NCBI GenBank assembly: GCA_003247575.1
Contig: QJZC01000058.1
Coordinates: 101,021-165,020 of the forward strand
Direction of reading: 5' to 3'
Source: Pseudomonadota bacterium
GTDB lineage: Bacteria > Myxococcota_A > UBA9160 > SZUA-336
Length of the DNA stretch: 64,000 nt
A program made the translations under genes and the position numbers. The notes under the pieces were generated by a model. That model ran no database searches and was not told the origin of the DNA. It saw only the letters and a list, made by a program, of their open reading frames with translations. This document shows, piece after piece, positions 20,301 to 28,075 of the stretch; positions within the stretch are counted from its first letter, which is position 1; every line of letters begins with the position of its first letter.

Positions 20301-21293
20301 GGCGGCGAACTCCGCCTTGTCGCTCACTCGCGTCATCGGCCCCTGAGCGATCGGGTACTGGGCACCGTGCTCGCGAGCGAGCGGTGAGCCGGGACCGATG
20401 GGATCGAGGATGCGCGCCGAGTCGATGTTCAACCTTATCTGTCGCTGGATCGCGACGACGACTCCACCGGCGGTCTTGAAACGCTCCGCGAGAGGGCGCG
20501 CGAACGCACCGTCCTGGCCAACTGGAATCCAGCGTTCGCGCAGGTCACTGCCGCCGAGGCGCTCCGCCGCCTCAGCTTCCGAGGCCTCACGCACGCGGGC
20601 AATCGGGAGATCCGGACGCGTGTATACGCGATGATTCCCGAGCAGGGTGGTCTCGCTGCCATCCATGGATCGAATCGCAGCGCGCACCGGCGCAGGCAGA
20701 GCGTCCTCCGACTCCTCCGATTCGCGCACACATGCGAGCTGTGCGTCGATCACGACACCTGCTGCACCACCGGCCACCGCGGCGGCCGCAGTGTGCAAGC
20801 CGATTCCCCCCTGCGCAAAGACGGGGAGCTGCGTCATCGCGAGCAGCTGCTGAATCAACACGTAGCAGGTAGACTCACCGACACGTCCACCGCTCTCGGC
20901 CCCCTTCGCAACGAGAGCTGTAGCTCCGAGAGAGATCGCCTCGCGCGCTTCTTCGCGCGAGGTCACCTCGACCCAGAGCTCGGTATCGGGATTGGATTCG
21001 AGTAGAACGCTCACTGCACCGCGTGGGACACGCGAGCTCAGTGGAGCAAGCACGACACGCACTCGCTCGGGCAATACGATTCGCGAGCACATCGACGCGT
21101 CGGAGATCCTGACTCCAAACTCGCCCGCGGTGCGTGCCTCGATTCGGTCGAGGCAACTCTCCGCGAGTCGTAGATCGCGGCCGAGATCCAGCACGCCCAA
21201 GGCTCCAGCGCGAACGAGAGCGACGACGAGATCCGCGTTCGGATGCTCGAACGGCGTGACTCCAACGACCCAGTTGCGCTCTCTAACGCTCAT
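14313..21293 (-). CDS. Type I PKS, PUFA/heterocyst-glycolipid-synthase-like: NMO/PfaD-like ER x2 - KS - AT - ACP - KR (2326 aa)
   Basis: Track ORF 14313-21551. ATG at 21293 is preceded by GGAGGTGGA. Motifs: FEGRECGGHVG (about 19945-19975); KS VDAACATS (Cys codon 18735-18737), EAHGTGT, GHTKCTAG; AT GHSYGE (Ser codon 17334-17336), AFHSP; ACP DLSIDSIK (Ser codon 16071-16073); KR TGGARGIGA (about 15141-15170), YAAAN. No DH or TE motifs were seen. Confidence 0.9.
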   Translation of the reverse strand: MSVRERNWVVGVTPFEHPNADLVVALVRAGALGVLDLGRDLRLAESCLDRIEARTAGEFGVRISDASMCSRIVLPERVRVVLAPLSSRVPRGAVSVLLESNPDTELWVEVTSREEAREAISLGATALVAKGAESGGRVGESTCYVLIQQLLAMTQLPVFAQGGIGLHTAAAAVAGGAAGVVIDAQLACVRESEESEDALPAPVRAAIRSMDGSETTLLGNHRVYTRPDLPIARVREASEAEAAERLGGSDLRERWIPVGQDGAFARPLAERFKTAGGVVVAIQRQIRLNIDSARILDPIGPGSPLAREHGAQYPIAQGPMTRVSDKAEFAAAVAEAGGLPFLALALMSGSDVRQLLDETVAQLGDNPWGVGILGFVPAEVREAQLDEVRRVRPPFALIAGGRPSQARALEKDGIPTYLHVPSSGLLASFYKDGARRFVFEGRECGGHVGPRSSFALWEAQTQELLRYGDLSDVCVLFAGGIHDARSAAMVAALAGAIAERGAKVGVLMGSAYILTREAVLSGAVQSLFQEQVCAAERTVLLETSPGHAIRVLDSPYIEQFYAQKRELAAKGASVHEVWAALEELNLGRLRIATKGVRRDGGALVEVSAEQQLSDGMFMIGQIATLHDEVVAIADLHARVSRDGSRFLASETPVFESPETARPLDIAIVGLAGCFPQAEDVDTYWSNIVYGHDAISEVPPERWSIDAYYDPEATGKRAGEKSLSKWGGFLPEIPFDALDYGIPPRSLASIDPVQLLSLEMARRALSDAGYAKREFDRSRTAVIFGAESGTDLSGAYGLRSLFTQFCGEMPDDLDAQLPRLTEDSFPGVLTNVIAGRIANRLDLGGANFTVDAACATSMAAVDQSCKELRSGACDMVLCGAADLHNGIADYLLFSSVHALSRRGRCRTFDRDADGIALGEGVACIVLKRLEDAERDGDRIYAVLRGSGASSDGRSLGLTAPRPEGQRLALARAYEQAGISPSEVGLVEAHGTGTVVGDRTELAALTELYLDAGSEAASCTLGSVKSQIGHTKCTAGLAGLIKASLSLYARVRTPTANLSHPNPYYEPRTSPFHFAHSPRPWIAERRHAAVSAFGFGGSNFHSVLSAYAGADAPARGLKHWPVEIVLLCGEDREAARASVAALRSLLDRNDQLGRPWRLRDIAYTCATRSAAPVQIAALASSLDELRDQLEPMAAFRSAPNVFVREDAIDPAAAASIASPQAGSESGRGKIGFLFPGQGSQRVGMLADLFVAFPELQGFLELAPEYTDLVFPASAFAPEEQRAQQQAVTDTRVAQPALGIMGLAINALLGEFGIRPDVAAGHSYGELVALCAAGAFSPADLVTLSSERALAILEAAGADPGAMVAVQASAGEVELALEGVSDVVLANDNAPRQIVISGTTEAIDRALELLELAGFAARRLPVACAFHSPIVAGAAERLGKRLAETRVQAPEFPVWSNSNAREYPRDPDALAELLAQQVARPVRFREEIENMYADGVRIFVEAGPGRVLTGLVKKVLGERPHVTVCCDVPGEPALESVLRAVARLAVLDVPIRTQALFEGRSACQLDSALIAATRPHYRLNGFTVRDASGEVVEGALRPANALVPVVLTRTGSQSGSDDREVAVQTYLRGMRELISAQREVMLGYLGEPIEVRVVSEVAAPRERAAVAASGSPIATPGAHAFASSSEAAASALPSPDELAAPANPTLSGDALMRAVLEIVSERTGYPAEMLEPDLDLEADLSIDSIKRMEILAELAERVALPGGADGELDEAVVEELARLKTLRAVVSWIDAHGEEPRESDQAGVEDSPNSVLDTRSPSPEPVEIDSGRVVPGSTLRFRYELALAGEIAARGSRADGSRALAGRSIRILGGAEELRKALELQIEQSGGRVSECGADDPASEGEAWIHLGALSASPRYPVDRIFVDLKRGALTYATELVVATGLGGGFGLLHGLRASEVEAAAGVRGLVRTLAREFPDTHVSAVDLDPEDAPNSIAKALLAELSHGDHRVDVGCAGGVRRTLLLREEPLDVTRSDQLQLGSDAVILVTGGARGIGARAALALAERSGAHVVLCGRSALPSEPEPENYAHATGAPELRRAIIEAAGLRKPAEIEAEVARVLAAREIRANLAALEELAASVEYHRVDVRDPHALAAVLRAVYTQRGRIDGVVHAAGVLEDKLIRDKTVESFRRVFETKVSAFRTLATELRPDLAFFVSFGSVAGTFGNRGQVDYAAANEALSLYSRQLAERVGARVVTMAWGPWAGGGMVSPELEREYARRGIGLIDPEDGVQCLLDELRFGERAHVEVILMRSAPAEWTVPVTRPSQRADLH

Positions 21294-21674
21294 TCCACCT
21301 CCGTGGCACAGCTCGAGCGAGCAGCTCACATGTCCGACGGCGCGGGACATCGTCGGGCACCCGACGCCGCACCGACCACGCGCGCCCTCGGTCGAGCCCA
21401 TCGAATCGGCGATCATCGCAGTGTGTCGAAAACATCGAACACACCCTTTGCTGCGGATGCCAGTGCTCAGCCGACCACTCTCGAATCGATCGTCCTGGCT
21501 TCCAGCTGCAACACCAGTTACTGCAAGACGAGAGAACCGCAGCTTTCGCAACTCGCCTCGTTCAGCCTACCGTCCTGGCAGATGGGGACATCATAAGGAC
21601 CGGATAAAGTTTCCCTAACTAGTGGGACCTGCGAGAGCGAAGAACCGAATAATCCTTCACCGAGCGCGAGAGAC

Positions 21675-22358
21675 TCAGGCGGCGCTGCTGACGAGCCGGC
21701 CCTTTTCAAGCTGCACCAAACGCCCGGCAGCTTCCGCGGCTCGAGGATCGTGCGTCACCATGACGAAGGTCTTTCCTGACTCCCGGTTCAGAAGTTGCAT
21801 CAGTGCCAGAATCTCGTCCGCACTATCCCCATCGAGGTCGCCCGTAGGCTCGTCAGCGAGAAACAGCAGCGGATCGGTCACCAACGCGCGCGCGATCGCA
21901 ACCCGTTGCTGCTCGCCACCGGAAAGCTCCGTCGGTCGGTGATTGAAGCGATGCCCCAAGCCCACGATCCGCAAGGCCGCACCTGCACGCTCCCGGCGCT
22001 CTCGCGAGCTGAAAGAACGCAATAGTAACGGCAGCTCGACGTTCTCGATCGCACTCAACACCGGCACGAGATTGTAGAACTGAAAGACGAAACCGATCGA
22101 TCGGTTTCGCCAGACGTCGAGCTCCGGCCCGGTCAGATCCTGGATATCGTGCCCACCGATGCGCAAGCGTCCGGATGTCGGCTGATCCAGTCCTGCAATC
22201 AGATTCAGCAGGGTGGACTTCCCCGAACCGGATGGCCCCATGAGCGCGACGAACTCGCCCGCCTCGATCGTGAGCGAAAGGTCGCGCAGCACCGGAACTT
22301 CACTCCCACCGCGCTCGTATACCTTTTCGAGACCCGAGATTTCGACGAGTGCACTCAA
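21675..22358 (-). CDS. ABC transporter ATP-binding protein (MacB/LolD-type)
   Basis: C-terminal 227 codons of track ORF 21675-22844. Walker A GPSGSGKST, signature LSGGEQQR, Walker B LFLADEPTG. Proposed TTG start at 22358 forms TTGA with the upstream gene's stop. The exact start is uncertain. Confidence 0.85.
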   Translation of the reverse strand: MSALVEISGLEKVYERGGSEVPVLRDLSLTIEAGEFVALMGPSGSGKSTLLNLIAGLDQPTSGRLRIGGHDIQDLTGPELDVWRNRSIGFVFQFYNLVPVLSAIENVELPLLLRSFSSRERRERAGAALRIVGLGHRFNHRPTELSGGEQQRVAIARALVTDPLLFLADEPTGDLDGDSADEILALMQLLNRESGKTFVMVTHDPRAAEAAGRLVQLEKGRLVSSAA

Positions 22359-23926
22359 GGGGCTACCCGTACCTGGCTCCCGGTATCGAGATTGGGCGAC
22401 GGATTCTCGATGATGTACGTGCCCTCGGGCGGGCCCTCGACGAGCGCGACGTACGAAACCTCGTCTTCGCTGGCCGAATCCGTTCCGGATCCATCCGCGT
22501 CGTCGCCAGAGTCCGTGTCTCGGACTGCGCCGCCTGACGTACCTGAAACCGAAGCCTCCGCAACGGCGACTGCGGAGAAGCTCGCTCCATCCACGAGCGG
22601 CGGCCTCTCCGCGCGATCCGAGCTCACGTCGGCACTCTGCACGCGCGCCGTCCGTACGGGAATCCTCTGCACTCGACCCTCTTCGACCTTGAAGACGACC
22701 TCGCTTCCCTCTCTCTTCACCACCGACGAGGTCGGGACTGCGCGCGCCACACGAATCTCCTGGCGCGGCGCATAGCGCAGGAAGCGCACCTTGGAGGTCA
22801 TGCCAGGAAGCAGATCGCCGTCTGGCTCGGCGATGCGCACCCACGCCTGAACCGTCCCCTTGACCCGATCGGCCTGCGAGCTCACCCGAGCCAAGCGACC
22901 GACATAGCGGCTATTTGGCAGAGCCTCGGGCAGAACGAGCGCCGACATTCCCACCTCGAGCTTCCGCAGCTCGGTCTCATTGATCTCGAGTTCGATGTTG
23001 AGCTGATCCAGGTCTGCCAGCTCGACGACCGCGGTGCCCGGCATACCATCGGGCGTGATCGCGAGATTCAAGAACTCGCCCACGTCGCTCAGCTTACGCA
23101 CGACGGTGCCATCAAAGGGCGCCCTCAGCACGCGGTCCTCGAGCGCGACCTGCGCGACCTTGATGCGAGCCTGCGCTCGATCGAAGGTCGTCTGCGCACG
23201 ATCGAGGGCCGTCTGCGGGCGCACACCGCGCCGGAACAACTGGCGTGTGAGACTCAGCTCACGCTCGGCGTCCGCCGCCTCGGCCTGAACCAGTGCGAGA
23301 TTCGCGCGCGCCTCTTCGTCCTCGAGTCGGACGAGCAGGTCACCCCGCCGGACCGGCTGGTTCTCCTCGATTGGCATCTCGATGATGCGCCCCTGCGCCT
23401 TGCTGCTCACCACGATGCTGCGCAAGGGCGTGACATAACCGACTGCCGTCAGCACCACCGGCGGCACACCCAGATCTCGGCGCGTCACCGCGGTGAGCCG
23501 AACCTCGGGAATCTCGAGACGATCCCCGCGAAGCACGTACGAGCCACCGGCGAACACTCCCGAGCCGATGAGCAACAGCCAGAGCGAGCGCCGCAGGAAC
23601 CCGCGCTTCTTTCCCTTGGGAGCGCGGCGCTCTCGGCGGCGAGAGCGCTTGCCACCGGCGGATGCAGCGACGCCGAACGGCGAAGCCGAGCCGTCGCCCC
23701 CGGGGCTGGAGGACTCCTCGCCAGCAGGGCCCACGATGCGCAACTGCTTGAGATCTTCGCGAAGCTGTCCTTCGCTGCGTGCCGGCCGGTCAGCCATGGG
23801 CGCTACCGCGTCGTAGTTCGGACCAGCAGGAACGTAGGTCGAACCGGCAGAAACCGCTCCGAGCACCGGTAGCTGGTTCACCACGAGGGACCCGCGCCCA
23901 GCTGCGCTCGCACTGGACTCGACCAC
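22355..23926 (-). CDS. HlyD/MacA-type membrane fusion (periplasmic adaptor) protein with a long acidic C-terminal tail
   Basis: N-terminal basic stretch plus a TM span (LWLLLIGSGVFAGG). Lipoyl/hairpin motifs (GRIIEMPIEENQPVRRGDLLVRLEDEEA...LRAPFDGTVV). The tail is rich in D/S/G (DTDSGDDADGSGTDSASEDE). Start is GTG 23926 or ATG 23797. Confidence 0.8.
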   Translation of the reverse strand: MVESSASAAGRGSLVVNQLPVLGAVSAGSTYVPAGPNYDAVAPMADRPARSEGQLREDLKQLRIVGPAGEESSSPGGDGSASPFGVAASAGGKRSRRRERRAPKGKKRGFLRRSLWLLLIGSGVFAGGSYVLRGDRLEIPEVRLTAVTRRDLGVPPVVLTAVGYVTPLRSIVVSSKAQGRIIEMPIEENQPVRRGDLLVRLEDEEARANLALVQAEAADAERELSLTRQLFRRGVRPQTALDRAQTTFDRAQARIKVAQVALEDRVLRAPFDGTVVRKLSDVGEFLNLAITPDGMPGTAVVELADLDQLNIELEINETELRKLEVGMSALVLPEALPNSRYVGRLARVSSQADRVKGTVQAWVRIAEPDGDLLPGMTSKVRFLRYAPRQEIRVARAVPTSSVVKREGSEVVFKVEEGRVQRIPVRTARVQSADVSSDRAERPPLVDGASFSAVAVAEASVSGTSGGAVRDTDSGDDADGSGTDSASEDEVSYVALVEGPPEGTYIIENPSPNLDTGSQVRVAP

Positions 23927-24341
23927 TGCTCGCGTTTGCCGACGTATCTATCATCCTAATGAGTCATCCCTGCGATCGAAGCCGCAAGATCGCGTCCGTC
24001 ACGGAGAAACCGCGGTGGCGGACAGCGGACATTGCACAGCGACCCGTGGGACAGTCGCCGACCTTGGGGCCCGGCAAACCAGAATACCCCATCGACCCGT
24101 AGACTAGGCGATCTGCACGGCGGGCGGTAAAAATTGGTCCCTCGGTGCTCGCCTCTTCCGAAGCGCTGCACCCCCCTAGCAGCGGAAGCTTGAATCCCAA
24201 GCCCTGACGGTATCATCGACTCCCTCGCGGGGCGTTGAATTCGAGCTGAAATCTGCCTAACCCGGGCCCCGCTGCGCAGATCGCCGCCCGAGGCACGCGA
24301 GCCGCTCGCGCCGAGCGCGCGACCGCCCCGCATTCGCTCTG

Positions 24342-24375
24342 CACCTCCGGTCTCGGTCCACCTCCGGTCTCGGTC
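24342..24375. repeat. Perfect 17-bp tandem duplication (cacctccggtctcggtc x2)
   Basis: Read directly: 24342-24358 and 24359-24375 are identical. It lies in the 490-bp non-coding region upstream of the MFP gene. Confidence 0.9.
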
Positions 24376-24418
24376 GGACCTTCTGGCCCTGTCGCTCCGG
24401 GCCCATCGAGCTCGACGG

Positions 24419-25192
24419 TCACCTCGAGGCGCGCTCCTCCGAGCCCTTGGCTGCGCCCTGGGCAGAGCTCGGAGTGCGTGGCATCACACTGAACTGGTCC
24501 GATTCGTCGAAGATCCTCACGGGCTCCCAATCCCGCAGCTTCGAGAGCCGCGTTGGCTTGCGTGCCAGGAAGCCTGTAGGGTCCAGCACCCAGGGGTCAC
24601 CAGGCCGTACGGCCGAGAACCAAAACGTGACCATGTGGTAGTCGAACACCTGCGCGTCCGACCCGCGGCGCGAGCGCAGAATCGCGCGATAGATCTCTCC
24701 GCGCACAAAGCCCTGCTCGCGCAGGACCGAGAACGTCAGCAGCTCCCAGCCGTCGCAGTCGTCACGCCCCCCTGCCAACAGCTCGTCGAGGATCGGCCAG
24801 TCCTCGCCCTCGACATCGCGCCGATAGCCCACTCGGCTCGCGCGCTGCACGAAGCCCAGAGTGCGGGCGACGATGCGTTCCTTCAAATCTTGACGGAACT
24901 CGACCAGTGCCGCTTGCAGCTTCGAGTCCGGCCCCTGGGGCGGACCCTCGAGCGCCAGCTGCCGCTTCGTCGCCTCCGCGAGCCGTTCCGATGCCTGCCA
25001 CAGGCGGATGCGAGCATGGAATCCCAGAACATCAGGATCGGACCCCGCGAAAAACTCCCACTCGGCCGCGGACTGCGGCACATCGGAGGGAAGCTGCACG
25101 CACGCTCCGAGTAGAGCGAACCCGACTAGGCCGTACGCGCGTCCACAACGGAGGAGATGCGACCACGAATGAAGCAAGATTCCTTCCCCCAT
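24419..25192 (-). CDS. Lipoprotein, tentatively transglutaminase-fold cysteine peptidase-like
   Basis: Lipobox FALLGAC. Ordered Cys/His/Asp candidates DDCDGWELL ... DYHMVTFWF ... VLDPTG match the transglutaminase-like C-H-D pattern. The assignment rests on pattern only. Confidence 0.45.
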   Translation of the reverse strand: MGEGILLHSWSHLLRCGRAYGLVGFALLGACVQLPSDVPQSAAEWEFFAGSDPDVLGFHARIRLWQASERLAEATKRQLALEGPPQGPDSKLQAALVEFRQDLKERIVARTLGFVQRASRVGYRRDVEGEDWPILDELLAGGRDDCDGWELLTFSVLREQGFVRGEIYRAILRSRRGSDAQVFDYHMVTFWFSAVRPGDPWVLDPTGFLARKPTRLSKLRDWEPVRIFDESDQFSVMPRTPSSAQGAAKGSEERASR

Positions 25193-25240
25193 AGACGTGA
25201 GTTGCTCGCAGGCGGTGGTCGGACGCTACGATAGGGCACC

Positions 25241-25993
25241 ATGAGCTTCACGCATCACCCGGAAACGCGCGACCAGACCATCGGCTGTGGACGCCCCGTC
25301 GAGGCGGCGCCCTCCCGAGGTGATTCTCTCCCATTTTCATCAGAGGCGGGCCCCGGACGCGCGGCCGTGCACCGCATAGGAGCCCACGCCTCTGGCTCTT
25401 GCACGATTCGCCGAACCTGGGGCATCCACAACTGGCTGCTGGCCAGCCTGATCGCGTGGTCGCTCGTGGCCCACGCTCTACCGGTTCGCGCCGAGTCGAT
25501 CGAGGGCGTTCAGTTCTCCCCGCTGGTCGAGTCGGGGGGCGTCGAGCTCGAACTGAACTCCGTAGGCCTGCTCCGCTACATGGTCTTCATCAAGGCCTAC
25601 GTCGCCGGCCTCTACCTGGGGCCGGGCGTCGAGCCCGAACAGATTCTCCAGGACGTCCCGCGCCGCCTCGAGATCGAGTACTTCTACGCGATCGACAAGG
25701 AGGACTTCGCCTCCTCGACGATCGAGGCCATCCGTCGGAACGTCGGTAGCGAAGCCTTCGGCCAGATCGAGGACAGCGTACAGCAATTCGCACGGCTCTA
25801 TCGCTCCGTGAAGCCTGGTGATCGCTACGCGCTGACCTATCTACCCGGAACTGGCACCGAGCTCGCGCTCAACGGCGAGCCGCTCGGTGTCGTCGCCGGA
25901 GCCGAGTTCGGGAGCGCAGTCTTCGCCATCTGGTTCGGCCCGCAGGAGATCGACGAAGATCTGAAGGACAGCCTGCTCAAGAAGCGGCGCTGA
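25241..25993 (+). CDS. Chalcone-isomerase-fold (CHI-like) family protein, secreted
   Basis: GVELELNSVGLLRYMVFIKAYVAGLYLG plus the downstream EIEYFYAIDKEDF pattern is typical of CHI-like domain proteins. Signal-like WLLASLIAWSLVAHALPVRA/E. The true start may be internal (for example GTG 25367). Confidence 0.65.
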   Translation: MSFTHHPETRDQTIGCGRPVEAAPSRGDSLPFSSEAGPGRAAVHRIGAHASGSCTIRRTWGIHNWLLASLIAWSLVAHALPVRAESIEGVQFSPLVESGGVELELNSVGLLRYMVFIKAYVAGLYLGPGVEPEQILQDVPRRLEIEYFYAIDKEDFASSTIEAIRRNVGSEAFGQIEDSVQQFARLYRSVKPGDRYALTYLPGTGTELALNGEPLGVVAGAEFGSAVFAIWFGPQEIDEDLKDSLLKKRR

Positions 25994-26057
25994 GCCTCAC
26001 CTCGCTCCGGGTTCGGCGCGGGCACGGGGATTCGCACCCGGCTCCGCGCGCTCGCGC

Positions 26058-26945
26058 TCACCCCTCGCGAGGGCCGACCGACGAAAGCGACTCGAGGGCC
26101 AGGTAGAGCGCGTGGGTGCCCTTGCGCCCTTTCCCCTGCGCGCGGAGCGCCACGTAGAGCTGATGCACCAGTGCGAGCCCAGGCAGCGCGAGGCCCATGC
26201 GCGCGCTCTCGGCCAAGGCGATCTCCATGTCCTTGATGAAGTGCTCTACGAAGAAGCCCGGCTCGAAATTGCCGTCGAGCACGCGCGGCGCCAGGTTCTC
26301 GAGCGTCCAGCAGCCCGCGGCTCCACCACCGATCGAAGCGAGCACCTGGCTCAGATCGAGGCCGGCTCGGCGCCCGTAGAGCAAGCTCTCGCAGACTCCG
26401 ATCATGGTGCCCGCGATCGTGATCTGATTACACATCTTTGCATGCTGCCCGGCGCCCGGACCGCCCTGAAACACGATCTGTTTGCCGAGGCATTCGAGCA
26501 GCGGCCGCACGCGCTCGAACACCTCACGCTCGCCGCCGACCATGATCGACAGCGATGCATTGCGCGCACCGACATCCCCGCCGGAAACCGGCGCATCCAA
26601 GACGTGCCCGCCACGCGGAGTCGCTGCCTGCGCGATCTCGCGCGCCAAGCTCGGGCGCGTGGTCGTCATATCGATCGCGACCGCACCGGGAGCCAGCGCG
26701 CCGAGAATCCCTGCTTCACCGAGGTAGATCGCGCGCACGTCATCGGGGAATCCGACCATCGAGAACACGACCTCGGCCTCCTGCGCCGCAGCGGCAGCCG
26801 ACGAGGCCCAGATCGCACCCTGCTCGAGCAACGGCTCCGCGCGAGCGCGCGTACGCGAGAAGACGCACAGCGAATGCCCCGCTCGCAGCAGATGCTCGCA
26901 CATGGGCAGTCCCATGACGCCGGTCCCCACCCAACCGATGCGCAT
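26058..26945 (-). CDS. NAD(P)-dependent 3-hydroxyisobutyrate/6-phosphogluconate-dehydrogenase-family oxidoreductase
   Basis: [24 protein letters not shown] (Rossmann GxGxxG) and DAPVSGG are hallmark motifs of the family. 295 aa. Confidence 0.85.
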   Translation of the reverse strand: MRIGWVGTGVMGLPMCEHLLRAGHSLCVFSRTRARAEPLLEQGAIWASSAAAAAQEAEVVFSMVGFPDDVRAIYLGEAGILGALAPGAVAIDMTTTRPSLAREIAQAATPRGGHVLDAPVSGGDVGARNASLSIMVGGEREVFERVRPLLECLGKQIVFQGGPGAGQHAKMCNQITIAGTMIGVCESLLYGRRAGLDLSQVLASIGGGAAGCWTLENLAPRVLDGNFEPGFFVEHFIKDMEIALAESARMGLALPGLALVHQLYVALRAQGKGRKGTHALYLALESLSSVGPREG

Positions 26946-27222
26946 ATTCCCTCCGCGTGCTGCGCTCGCTTCGAGCCGGAGCTCGAAGCCGACCTTCCCG
27001 AATCGGTGCGAGTCTCCCGCATCGGAAGAGACCCCGCTACCGTGCCCAGCGCGCGGGGGTGCTACCCTGCTGCGCGAAGGGACCTTCCACGGCCATGCTC
27101 ACCGGAGACAGCAACCGCACCGAACGAGCCGTAGCCAGCCGGCTCGAGGTGGCCTCTACCGCCTCCACGAGGCTCCCCGACCCGAGAGGCGAGGCGAACT
27201 CGTCCCCGCAGAAGCTCTCGCC

Positions 27223-28065
27223 GTGATTCGCCAGGGCCTCCGCTCGGTCGGGCTCCTGCTCGGGCTCGCAGTCGGATCCGTACTCGGCCCCGCATCCGCG
27301 GGGCTCGCCCAGGAAGCGAATGCCACGGGTGCGTCCGACCCAGACACAGTCTCCACGGCTGCGACCGGTGCACTCGGGCGCATCGAACCGGACCGCGGCG
27401 TGCGCAGCATCGCCGGGCCGCCGCGACCTGCCGTAGTGATCGACGAGCTTCGTGTCGAAGAAGGCGACGTCGTGAAGCGCGGCGATGTGCTCGCACTGCT
27501 GCAGGGCATCTCGCTGCAACAGGCCGATGTCGAGCGGGCCCAGGCGGAGCTCGCGCAGGCCGAGCGCGAGCTTTCTCGGCGGGAGGGATTGCGGCGCGGC
27601 GGCGCAGCTCCGGACACGGAGCTCGAGGCCGCGCGCCTCGCGCGCGACGTTGCGCGGGCTACCTTGGCCAAGGCCCAGGCGGAGCTCGAGCTGTCTCGGG
27701 TGCGGGCACCGCTCGACGGACAAGTGCTCGAGATCCATGCGCGCGAAGGCGAGCGCGTGGGTCCGGAGGGGATCCTCGATCTCGGCGACACGTCCGCCAT
27801 GTTCGTCGTGGCCGAGGTATACGAGACCGAGATCGGCGGGATCCAGATCGGGCAGCGCGCACGGATCCAGAGCCCGGCGCTACCCCGAACTCTGCGCGGC
27901 AAGGTCGAGCGCATCGGCCTCAAGATCGGCAAGAAGGACGTCCTGGGTACCGATCCGGTGGCCGACACCGACGCGCGTGTGGTCGAGGTCGAGATTCGGC
28001 TGGACGACCCGACTCCGGCGGCACGGCTCACCAACCTGCGAGTAGACGTCGTCTTCGAGCCCTGA
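27223..28065 (+). CDS. devB: DevB-family ABC-exporter membrane fusion protein
   Basis: Track ORF 26902-28065. Its 5' part overlaps the divergent dehydrogenase gene, so the in-frame GTG at 27223 (VIRQGLRSVGLLLGLAV..., TM) is proposed as the start. GALGRIEP...VRAPLDGQVLEIHAREGE...DARVVEVEIRLD is typical of DevB-type adaptors. Confidence 0.75.
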   Translation: MIRQGLRSVGLLLGLAVGSVLGPASAGLAQEANATGASDPDTVSTAATGALGRIEPDRGVRSIAGPPRPAVVIDELRVEEGDVVKRGDVLALLQGISLQQADVERAQAELAQAERELSRREGLRRGGAAPDTELEAARLARDVARATLAKAQAELELSRVRAPLDGQVLEIHAREGERVGPEGILDLGDTSAMFVVAEVYETEIGGIQIGQRARIQSPALPRTLRGKVERIGLKIGKKDVLGTDPVADTDARVVEVEIRLDDPTPAARLTNLRVDVVFEP

Positions 28066-28075
28066 GGAGCACCGC

